Source: Nymphaea colorata
Taxonomy: Eukaryota
Length of the DNA stretch: 64,000 nucleotides
Direction: 5' to 3'
Assembly: GCF_008831285.2 (NCBI RefSeq)
Contig: NC_045138.2
Coordinates: forward strand, 38,378,001-38,442,000
A model generated the notes under the pieces. The model saw only the letters and a program-made list of their open reading frames with translations, searched no databases and was not told where the DNA came from. Position numbers and translations under genes: made by a program. This document shows positions 1 to 10,428 of the stretch, in pieces. Numbering within the stretch: the stretch's first letter is position 1; every line of letters starts with the position of its first letter.

Positions 1-3000
1 TTGTGTGAGACAAAAGTATTGGCTATGAAAAAACTAGGGTAAGAAAGATACGATGAAACCCTGTACAACAAGAGGGGAAGCAGTCCCATGAGACCTGGGA
101 ACTGTTAAACGATGTTGTTGAAGCAACGTGTCCACTGTCAAGTTAAAAAATGTTAATTTGATGCACTTGAAATGAATAGCTGACTGACGACATAGCCGAT
201 GCATGGCCAGCTAGATGCATCAGCACAATGATCAGTTTGAATAGGTTATGTTTGAGACAAAAGTATTGACTATGAAAAGACTAGGGTAGGAAGGATACGA
301 TGAACCTCGTACAAGAGGAGAAGCAGTCCTGTGAGACATGGGAACTGCAGATAGAACTGGATGAGGGAATGTCCTTGCCATCAAGTTCAAAAAGTGTGTT
401 ATGTGAAATTCAAATAAATGGCTTGCTGATTGCAGTGGTAAAGTTAGCGAATGTTGCATCTGCAAGTCGGCAGCATTCTTGACGAATAGAGATGAACGAA
501 CATAGTCTTTGTTTGGGATTATTATTGACAATCTCGTGCATCTTTTCTCATCGTCTTGGCAAGTAAGTGCGTCACTTATAACTTAAGGAGCACTCAAGAG
601 ATGAGTTGTCAGTGATGTGTGATTGTCTCGGTATGGGTGCAAATGATACGATGAAACTCGTACAACCAGAGGTGAAGCAGTCCCGTGAGACATGGGAACT
701 ACATATGGATGTTGATGAGGCAACGTCTCTACCATCATGTTAATGATGTGTGATTGCCTCAATATGTGCGCAAATGATGGGACAATGACACCCATACAAC
801 CATAGGAGATGCAGTCCCGTGAGACCTCGGAACTGCATGTGGATCTTGATGAGGCATCGTCTCTACCATCAAGTTCAAAATGTCAGTCAAATGCACTTGA
901 AATAAATGGCTGACTGAAGACATAGCTGATGTATGCGAACTAGATGTTTCGGCACAATGGTCAGTTTTTGGTGGTTATGTGTGAGACAAAAGTATTGACT
1001 ATGAAAAAACTAGGGTAAAAAAGATGCGATGAACCCCGTACAACAAAAGGGGAAGCAGTACCATGAAACATGGGAACTGCATATGGATCTTGATGAAACA
1101 ACGTCCCTACCATCAAGTTCGAAATGTCAATCAAATGCACTTGAAATAAATAGCTGACTGAAGACATAGCCGACGCATGGCGCCTTGACCAACTAGATGC
1201 GTCGACATAATGGTCAGTTTTAAGAGGTTATGTGTGAGACAAAAGTGTTATCATGAAAAAATTGGGGTAAGAAAGATACGATGAACCCTGTACAACAAAA
1301 GGGGAAGCAGTCCCGTGAGGGCTGGGAACTGCATATGGATATTGACGACGCAACGTTCCTACCATCAAGTTAAAGATGTCAATCACATGCACTTGAAATG
1401 AATGGTTGATTGAAGACTTAGCCTATGTGTGGCCAACTAGATGCATCAGCATGATGATGAGTTTTAGGAGGTCATGTGTGAGACAAAAGTATTGACTTTG
1501 AAAAACTAGGGTAGGAAAGATACGATGAACCCTGTACAACAAGAAGGAAAGCGGTCCCGTGAGACAAGGGAACTGCATATGGATCTTGATGAGGCAAAGT
1601 CCCTACCATCAAGTTTAAAATGTCTGCTATGTGAAATTAAAATAAATGGGCAGCTGATTGTCGTAGTTAAGTAAGCGAATTTTGCCTCTGCGAGTGCATT
1701 CTTGATGAATAGAGATGAACGTACATACACAGTGTTTGTTATTATTGTTGACAATCTTGTGCATCTCGCCTCATCGTCTTGGGAAGAGAGTGCGACACTT
1801 AACTTAAGGAGCACTCAAGACTTGAGTTGTTAATCATGTGTGATCATCTCATTATGGGTGCAAATGATACGATGAAACTCGTACAACCAGAGGAGAAGCA
1901 GTCACGTGGGACCTGGGAACTGCATATGGATTTTGATGAGGCTATATCCCTACCATCAAGTTGAAAATGTCAATCAAATGCACTTGAAATAAATGGCTGA
2001 CAGACAACCTAGCTGATGCATGGCCAACTAAATGCATCAGCATAATGGTCAGTTTTAAGAGGTCATGCGTGAGACAAAAGTATTGACTCTGAAAAGCATG
2101 CAATACTATAAAAGTGCAAGAGCATGATGAGAATAGTTAAGTAAATGTTAGATTACCTGAGGTATATTTTTTCACAATATGAACATCATGTCGCCTCCTG
2201 CATTTTGAGATCAGATGGGGCACAATTTTTTATGAAAGGGGTCATGACGACCCTTGTCATCTTGATGAATTTCATCTCGAAATAAGATATAAGGTGCATG
2301 TCATGAATTTAGGATATGATGTCCTTGACATATGTTCGTTTCCTTTACAATGAAAGATAAGACAAAATGTTGGTTGAAATCAGTGGTCGATGTTCAAATT
2401 AGTAAATGAGAGAAGATGCAAAAAGGCTATTGAAAACAAAAAAATTTCCATTTGATTACATTGAACTAGGGTAGAAAAGATACGATGAACCCCATACAGC
2501 AAGAGGGGAAAGCAATTCTGTGAGACCTGGGAACCACATAAGAATTTTGATGAGGCAACGTCTCCACCATCAAGTTCAAAATGTCAGTTATGTGCAATTA
2601 AAATAAATGGTTGATAGGTTGTCATGGTTAAGTAGCAGATATTGCATGTGGGAGCATATTCTTGACATATAGCAATGAATGAACATAGATTTTGTTTGGG
2701 ATTATTATTGACAATCTTATGCATCTCACGCAAGAGAGAGAGACGCTTATAACTTAAGGAGCACTCAAGAGATGAGATGTGAATGATGTGTGATCGTCTC
2801 ATTGTGGACACAAAAGATTAGATGAAACCCGTAGAACCAGCAAAAAGCAGTCCCGTGAGACCTGGAAACTACTCAAGGGTGTTGATGAAGCAACATTCCC
2901 ACCATCAAGTTAAAAATGTCAATCAAACATAATTGAAATAAATTACTGACTGATGACACGACCAATGCATGGCCAACTCGATGCATCGTTATAATGGTTA

Positions 3001-4510
3001 GTTTTAGGAGGTTATGTGTGAGACAAAAGTATTGACTATGAAGAAACTAAGATAGAAAAGATACGATGAACCTCGTACAACAAGTGGAGGAAGTAGTCCC
3101 GTGAGACCTAAGAACTGCATAAGGATCTTGATGTGGCAATGTCCCCACCATAAAGTTGAAAATGTCAATTATGTGCAATTAAAATAAATGGCCTCTGGTG
3201 GTCATGGGAATGTAGTGTATGTTGCATGTGGGCGCACATTCTTGACAAATAGTGATGCACAAGCATATAATTTGTTTGGGATTATTATTGACAATCTTGT
3301 GCATCTCACCTCATCGTCTTGGCAAGAGAGAATGACACTTATGACTTAATGGTTTTTGAAGGTTGAGATGTAAATGACATGGCATCATCTCATTATTAGC
3401 AGAAAAGAATGGATAAAATTGGAGATTATTTTGAGCAGATATTGGCATGCATTCAAACATTTGGACTCTTATGACACCGCACTTTTACAAGCATGGTAAA
3501 AAAGATGTACAAATGGTGCAAGTATTTACTAGGTTGGGTAATGACGCTTAATCCAACATGTACAATCCCGACTAGCATGATCACCCCAACATTTCATGCA
3601 AAAATGTAGAACTTGTTGTCTTTGTTCCTTTGCTAGAAACATTAAAGAATTATAACAGCATAGGTTCTCGTAAACACAACTAATGCATGGCGGCATGGTC
3701 AACTAGATGCATCGATATAATGTTCAGTTTTAGGTAGTTATGTGTGAGACAAGGGATGACAATGAAAAGTAGACAATACTAGAAAAGTGGGAGTAGCTGA
3801 GTACATGGTGAGAATGGTTTACATATTCGACTAGTTAAGGTGTATTTTTCCCTACACAAATATCAAGCAGCTTCCTACATTTGAGACCAGGTGGGGGAGC
3901 TGCTCAATTTTTAGTGGCAAAAAATGCTACTCTTTGTTTATGAAAAAAGTCATGAAGACCTTTATCGTCTTCATGATGAATTTTGTCTTGAAATACGATA
4001 TAAAGTGCATATCAACAATTATGGTGATGATGCCCTTAAGATATGTTTGTTCCTTTTCAACAAAAGATAAGAAAAAACACGGGTTGAAATTGTTGGGCGT
4101 TTTTAAAATAAGTAAATGAGGGGAGATGCAAAAAGAGTTTTTGGAAAAAGGATTTCTATGTAGGTAAATTGAAATAGGATAAAATGGCTATGATGGAGCC
4201 CGTTCAACAACGACCAAAGCAGACTTCTGACACCTGAGAACTGTTTATGGATCTTGATAAAGCAACATCCCCACCATTAAAAATGGTAATTAAGTGGTAT
4301 TAAAACAATAGGCCAATTGGTTGTCATACACAAGTAGTGGATGCTGCATGTGGGAGCACATTCATAATGAAAAGCTATAAAAAAAATTATACTTTATTTG
4401 GAACTATTTTTTATGTCTCATCATCTTGGGAAGAAAGAATGACATATGTAACTTCAAGGGCATTCAAGAGGTAAAAGTTAAATTTGGTGTAATCGTCTCA
4501 TTATGGGCAC
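1..4510. repeat. Degenerate mosaic tandem repeat array (shared ~100-bp core plus alternative tails; unit periods ~245 and ~340-350 bp)
   Basis: The core 'gatacgatgaaccctgtacaacaagaggggaagcagtcccgtgagacctgggaactgcatatggatcttgatgaggcaacgtccctaccatcaagtt' recurs at about 47, 294, 645, 778, 1023, 1275, 1519, 1866, 2479, 2816, 3060 and 4187. Tail A ends '...ggttatgtgtgagacaaaagtattgactatgaaaaaactagggta'. Tail B contains 'aacttaaggagcactcaagag'. The array continues off the left edge. Confidence 0.92.
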
Positions 4511-4559
4511 AAAAGGCTGGGGATGAGAAGTAAAGGAGGTGTAATCATCCCATTGAAGT

Positions 4560-4960
4560 TGAAAGATCTCGTGTTGAACCTATAGAATCTAGCTAACAAT
4601 TTTATCCTTAAGAGTATGTGTCCCACAATGAATCGCACGTTTGTTTTGCTATAGTGTGGTAAGCTAGGGTAACTGTGATATGTTTGAATATTGTTCATAA
4701 TCCAATACATGACAATACTATTATTCTCTCGCCATGCTGCATATTTTCCAATCTTCTCCTTGGGTTTAGATTTTGAAAGAATATTCTCTTTGATGCCCTA
4801 TCAATGACATCATAAGACTTCTTGACCACCTTTCATTGTTGTTGTTGCTGTCAAGTTTGATAGACGACCCATATGAGAAAGGATTAGCAAATGCCTTATA
4901 CTCAACCACATGATCAAATGTGGACTCACTCTTGTGACCCTTTTCCTCAGCCATGGCAGT
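4560..4960 (-). mobile_element. Ty1/copia retrotransposon gag N-terminal fragment (degenerate)
   Basis: Minus strand reads ...NPFSYGSSIKLDSNNNNERWSRSLMMSLIGH..., then after a frameshift KPKEKIGKYAAWRENNSIVMYWIMNNIQ. This matches the copia gag pattern (I-K-L-D-G-x-N-Y-x-x-W-S-R-S ... W-x-x-x-N-S-M-V-M-S-W-L-L-N-S). No LTR or pol identified. Confidence 0.7.
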
Positions 4961-6258
4961 TAAAAAAATTTTTAGTCGCCAAAACAATATTCAGCAGCTA
5001 GGGATGCATGACCAAGAAATTCTAACAATCAACAACCATCAGGTAACTCCAACAATTAACATCCACACAAACTTCAAGCAATAATCAGTTGTGAAGATCC
5101 AATCATTGATCAAATAGGATCTAGGCAACAAAATCAAATCTGGTTCTGTCTTTAACGCAGATAAACACCATGATCTAACTATTATATCCAAGTGACACAA
5201 CTAGCAGTATCATAAATCCAATGATAGGATCACCACAATCAGCAAACAAGAACTCAGATTAGACGTCAGCTGCAACAACTAACAGAAATCCTCTATACCT
5301 GACATCTATTTCATGTAGAAAATTTCATATCTGAAAAAAACTGAATTAACATCGTCAACAACATGTGAGGGCTGCACTAGACGACTTATGAACAACCCAC
5401 CCAATTTGGACTGTGTTTGAAAGACCTCAGATCTTCCATGGCTTAGAAACCTTTTTGCAGCTCACCAATTGTGATCCATGACCATTGACATCAACAACAC
5501 GAACTAGAGAAGTCTACTCACTGCTCCATAACAGTCAGCAGCGATCAGATCCCTGATCTTCAACCAATGGCTACCTCCTTGCAGCAATCAGGCGTGTACC
5601 AAGAAAAAAAGAAAGTAGCGAAGAGAGTAGCGAAGAGAGTAGTGGAATTGCCTTATGATTTCACTAGGAAAAGCATAGTAGGGGTAGGCATATCTGCTGC
5701 AAATTGTGGCAATATATTGCTTACATCAAGGAAATGTCTTAGTTTCTGCTAGGAGTTCTTTGGGAATAGCACCTGTTAACTATAGATAAACTATTTTTAC
5801 CTTTACTAGTAACGTGTGGGTGGAAGTCTTCAGTTGAGTTCATGTGGAGAAATCTCAAATATCCTCTCTCCATGGTCATTGATGGTACATTTCTGCAGGC
5901 CGCAGTGACAGGTACATATGCAATAGATGGTGGTGATCTTATACTTTTCTACTGTGAATAACTTTTGCAAATGTTTGGGCTTTTTGGACACTTGTTTAAC
6001 ATTTTATGTTGTTGCAGGACAATACTCAAGATGGCATTGACTGGATGAGGGTTGATTTGAAGATGATGAAGATTGTGTAAGCTTGACATTTCTAGGGCAA
6101 GGAAATAACAAGTTAACTATTTTCTTCCATTCTCACGATGTTGTCTGTGCCAATGTGCCATGTTTAGTATACTATTAAGACAATTATTATGCCTGCCTGT
6201 GCACCAAATGAGGGGAGAGGTGCTTAAAAGGAGTTCTTAATAAATCATTTTGATTATC

Positions 6259-6592
6259 TAGGTAACTGCCCTTACCATAGTACAATTTGAAGATTGCTTT
6301 GAGATGCATAAAAGAAAAGAAAGAACATAGTATTTGTGTTAACAGTTAAGCAAAGTAAAACATGTTCACATTTAATAATTATTTTATTTATCAGGTGCCC
6401 TTACCATATAATCAACACAATGTGAAGATTAGGTAAAGTGCATAAAAGAACAGAAAAATTGCCATATAATCAACACGATGTGAAAATTACTTAAAGTGCA
6501 TAAACAAGTGCAAAAAACAAAGCTTCGATGTCAACTGAAGTAAAAGATGCTCATATTTAATATGTTATGATAAAGGTGTCCTTGTCATATGT
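6259..6592. repeat. Short degenerate tandem repeat
   Basis: Blocks 'gtgcccttaccatataatcaacacaatgtgaagatt...aagtgcataaa' and 'gtaaaa.atg.tca.atttaata' recur 2-3 times. Confidence 0.6.
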
Positions 6593-6885
6593 AAATTAAG
6601 TTGTAAATTATAGCTCAAAGAAGAGACCCATTTTTTCCTGAAGCGGTCTTTTATTTCCAATTTCAAGGATCTAAATAGATGCTGCAAAAAAACCTGCACT
6701 TCCTCAAGCTTTTTTTTTTGTTCCTTTTTTTTACCCTTTTTCCTTTTAAATAAATACTTAGTTTAGTGTTTACCTTCTTGAGTTTTTGATATCTTGGTCT
6801 TGTCTGTAGTTCTTGACAGACATAATAAGGACGTCATGTGTTAATTCATGTTTTATTTATTTGAATCTTACATGATTTTCCACAG

Positions 6886-7175
6886 GTTTGAACCCATATG
6901 TAATAGGTGGATTCAGTGGACTGTGTTCATTTATGGGTCTTATTGCAACCCTTTTATCTGTAGGACTGGTCAAGTGCCCTGGCATTGTAAAGGTCTGAGT
7001 AAACCACCTTCTACAGGCTACTACAGCCATAGATCTTGGCTTCTATTTTTATATTTGCTTGTTGTCAATGAATAGACTTATATGGCAATTATGAAATGCA
7101 CCATCACTTTGAGCATATCAGGGAGGTGCAGCAGGTCTGCTTTTCCAGGCTGTGCTTCTTATTGTTACAGTTTAG
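6886..7175 (+). pseudogene. Ferroportin (SLC40/IREG3-FPN3-like) gene fragment: two exons with intervening intron, truncated by a stop
   Basis: Exon 6886-6992 (cacag|...aag|gt) reads [36 protein letters not shown]. Exon 7122-7175 (atcag|) reads GGAAGLLFQAVLLIVTV*. This closely resembles plant IREG3/FPN3 'G(L/V)[34 protein letters not shown]|AGAxGLxFQASLL'. No other exons of the gene were recognised nearby. Confidence 0.8.
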
Positions 7176-7362
7176 CCGAGAGATAGGATACCAGGTCTTT
7201 GAGAATAATAAAAGAAAAGAGATGGCTTAACTAGCCAACTGGAAGTAGATTAATAATGGGAGAAGGCTGCTGAATTACTTGTTGTTGTACATCGTACTTT
7301 TGGCTGGACTTGAGGTCAACTACTCTTGTGGTCCAGTTTTTTGGCTTTGATCTTATTGGCAG

Positions 7363-7446
7363 TTACTGGCCTACTCTATCTGACCGCTCTGGGAGGACTA
7401 AATGTTGATCAGCCTCGAAATCTTGCAAAAAGTGTTACCGCACAAA
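7363..7446 (+). pseudogene. Glutamine-fructose-6-phosphate aminotransferase (GFAT) last-exon fragment, frameshifted
   Basis: After acceptor 'ggcag|' it reads LLAY, then 2 extra nt, then YLTALGGLNVDQPRNLAKSVTAQ. NVDxPRNLAKSVT is the conserved GlmS/GFAT C-terminal signature. The expected stop position reads AAA. Confidence 0.85.
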
Positions 7447-8983
7447 AAGAACTGAAAGAAAGGTTCTTCCCAGGTTATTCTTGCCCTTGTCTGTAGAACT
7501 GTAGATATTATAACAGAAGCTTTGGCATTTTAATGTTCATAGCATTATCCAAAGGCATCATTTATATAAAATGGCTCAGATAAATGTCCTAATTTTCTCC
7601 TGCCAGCATTTGCCTAAGTTTCATCACATAACTGTCATTTTTTCTAAAGATGCAGGTGGCCATGGTAGTTGGTCTCGCTTTTATTCGTTACTTCTTGTTC
7701 CTTCTACTCTTACCACTTGAGATTTAATTGAGGTTTTATGACTATATTACCTATTTGAAACACCATATCTGCGAGCCACTTTATTTTATGAACTTAGGAG
7801 CAGTAGAGCACATTTATTCTACATGATGCGAAATATTGAGCATCAACAAATGATTGTTCTTATGTTGAAAGTGTATCAGCTTACTTTATACATCGGATGT
7901 GCTGCTAATGGTTGAAATGGCTGATATTAACAAACTAATAAGTAATAGACATAAGCGAAATCTGAACCGGGCAGGTTATTTCGTTGGTGCCCTGTTGAAC
8001 TTGAGCGTTTTGTACCTTTTGCTGCGCTGGACGAGCGTGTGTCAGGGTGATGAACATTTTACAGCTTCATGGAGCCGTTGTAGCTTCAGAATTTCTTTTT
8101 TCCTTGTTCTGTTAATTGTGGCTCTCCCACTATATCGAATGCTATATAAATGGGTTGTTTTTGTGAAGATTTTCAGGTTCGAGACTCACAAAGCTGGATT
8201 TGGAAGCAGAAAGGTTCCTACTTTTGAATATATTCCTTTCTTCCACATCATTGTGAAACAGCTTTCTGGATAGAAGGAAATTTTCTCTCACTGCAAAGGC
8301 ACCTGTGATGCCTGTAACTACTTTCTAGTCCTGCTTATTCGTAGACCAGTCCTCTAACCCTGAACATTCCAGTGTCATCATCATTTGGTACCGCTGCAAT
8401 GCCTAGTCATGCTTCTCCATTAAACGAATGTTTTACCATAACAATTAGACCCTTGAAGTTCTAAGTTCTAACTTGGTATATATTCAATTTCGATAGTTCA
8501 AAAGTTGTTTTGACTAAATCAACTTTATATATCACATTTGCAAAGTTATATTTATGAAAAAATTAACAAAATAAATAGTCCGTAGTGAGATTGATCCTAA
8601 CAGGTCTACAAACTTGGTATATTGTATTGATAAATTCAAATAAATGAAGTTGGTTTCCAGGAAAATTGGTCAAATTCCGTCAGTTTCTCAGGTTATGTCA
8701 AAAAAGTGGACATCACGGGGGAAATTTTTCTGTCAAATCTGAACAAAAAGAACGTGGACTTCCGGGTCGCTGTCGCACTCGGTTCTATTTAAATGTATTT
8801 TTTTTTATTAACTCAAGAGAATTTAAATCAATTTTTGCATCTGCTGGTGTGAAGTCCAGTTTGATGGTATTTCTTTCTTTGGATAATGTTGTTGCTTTAT
8901 TACTCGTAAGTTGTAACCAACTTGGTGGTCTCATTTCTTTATCATTTTCAGATTTATAATTTTACATTTGTATCCACACACAT

Positions 8984-8986
<3 letters not shown>

Positions 8987-9032
<46 letters not shown>
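8987..9032. repeat. (AT)n microsatellite
   Basis: Perfect AT run of about 22 units. Confidence 0.95.
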
Positions 9033-9035
<3 letters not shown>

Positions 9036-10428
9036 AAACCAGATAAATTGTTTAAAAGCGACTAAAATCGAAAATGAGAAATCTCAAGATTCACCTGCAG
9101 TCTCGTTTCATCTAGAACAACAAAATAAATACGTTTTCGGTTGGACACTGGATAATATCGATCAACTTTTTACTAACAAAGCTTCCAAGTTACAGGACAT
9201 GTTTAAGTTTTCCAACTTCTGTACCATTACCATACAATATCGTCCGATCAGCAGGAATATGCGTGGCTATACCCATGCTTGGCTTGGAGAAGTCTCGGTC
9301 TGCCTAGTTCTCCTAATCAGTAGTATAGTGGTCTGTTCCAGTGAGGCTGTTGAGATTTTAGATGCTGGAGGCCTGACTGTCAAGCTGGGAGTCTAGGTCC
9401 ACAAGCAAACCGTTCAAAGTGATTGTTAACAAACTAAGCATGACCTTAAAATAACCTGTACATGAATCAGATTATATCAGATTCAACCAATCTGAATACC
9501 CATTTGTAGCCAATGTAACCATTTCTCGTTGTCAGAACTGATTTCTATCCGGAGGCAGTGAGTGAAATCAGAAGTTTTCTGAGTTGAACACAGCATTTCT
9601 GGAGATGCCTAATGCTTGGTTTCAAAGTTTCAGTCTCCAATATCGGTTTGGCTCATGCATGGCACTTCCTGGTTTGGCTTCTATACTCCAGGATCAATTT
9701 TTCGGGATTTAATATATGCTCTGCGAGGTCGTCCGGGTGATTCAGACTACAACGTTCCCACAGTACAAATCTGTAGGCCTTTTATTTTGTTCAAATTCAA
9801 AATGCCCTAGTGACAAATAGCAAATCTGCTCAAAGTAACTCACGTTGGAAGCCATAGACATTCTTATCTGTGCATGTCTGTGTGTGAAAGAGGAGAGAGA
9901 GAGAGAGAGAGAGTATGATCTCACTTTGTGCATCTTTTCTTTTTTAATCCATAACTGTCTTGCAATTAGAGATTCTCCGCAAATTGTGCAAATAGAAAAA
10001 GCGTTAGGCATATTGGTCCATCGACCACTCACCAACTTGGTCCCTCCACCAATTGTAGCAAAACCTTTTATACAATGCAAAAGTTTACAATACCCATGAC
10101 ACAGTGGCATTACTTCAGAAGGTTCCAAGTCAATCTCATTATGCTCCAGTGTACAACAGACATCACGGGATGTAACTATCCCCAAGTAAACCCCATCGGC
10201 CATCACATCAAAAAAATCCGTAACATATAGCAGCTCCTTAAAGAAATTTCACAAATAAGTTCTTTAACACATCGGGTTGAATCAAGTTTGCATTAGCTAG
10301 TTAGGCTAATTTCTTTGGTTCCAAAGTCAAATAAACCAACTTTAGACCCTGTGCTACTGATTGAACATGTCAAGTATGGAAGGACGACTCCACGTAAAAA
10401 GTGTCCAGCAACTCTCAAGACTCGGTAT

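Noticed and set aside
232..4119. ORF-track calls inside the array as genes
   Set aside because: They are short, mutually similar translations of a degenerate repeat with inconsistent frames between copies.
1..4510. CRISPR-like repeat-spacer array
   Set aside because: Units are 245-350 bp, the inter-core segments are themselves repeated and degenerate, the context is a plant nuclear genome, and there are no cas genes.
7899..8273. 124-aa hydrophobic ORF
   Set aside because: GTG start, no recognisable motif, and the hydrophobicity is explained by T-rich sequence.
9742..10206. 154-aa minus-strand ORF downstream of MAPR4
   Set aside because: It runs through a (CT)n microsatellite and has no recognisable family. 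More likely 3' flanking or UTR sequence.
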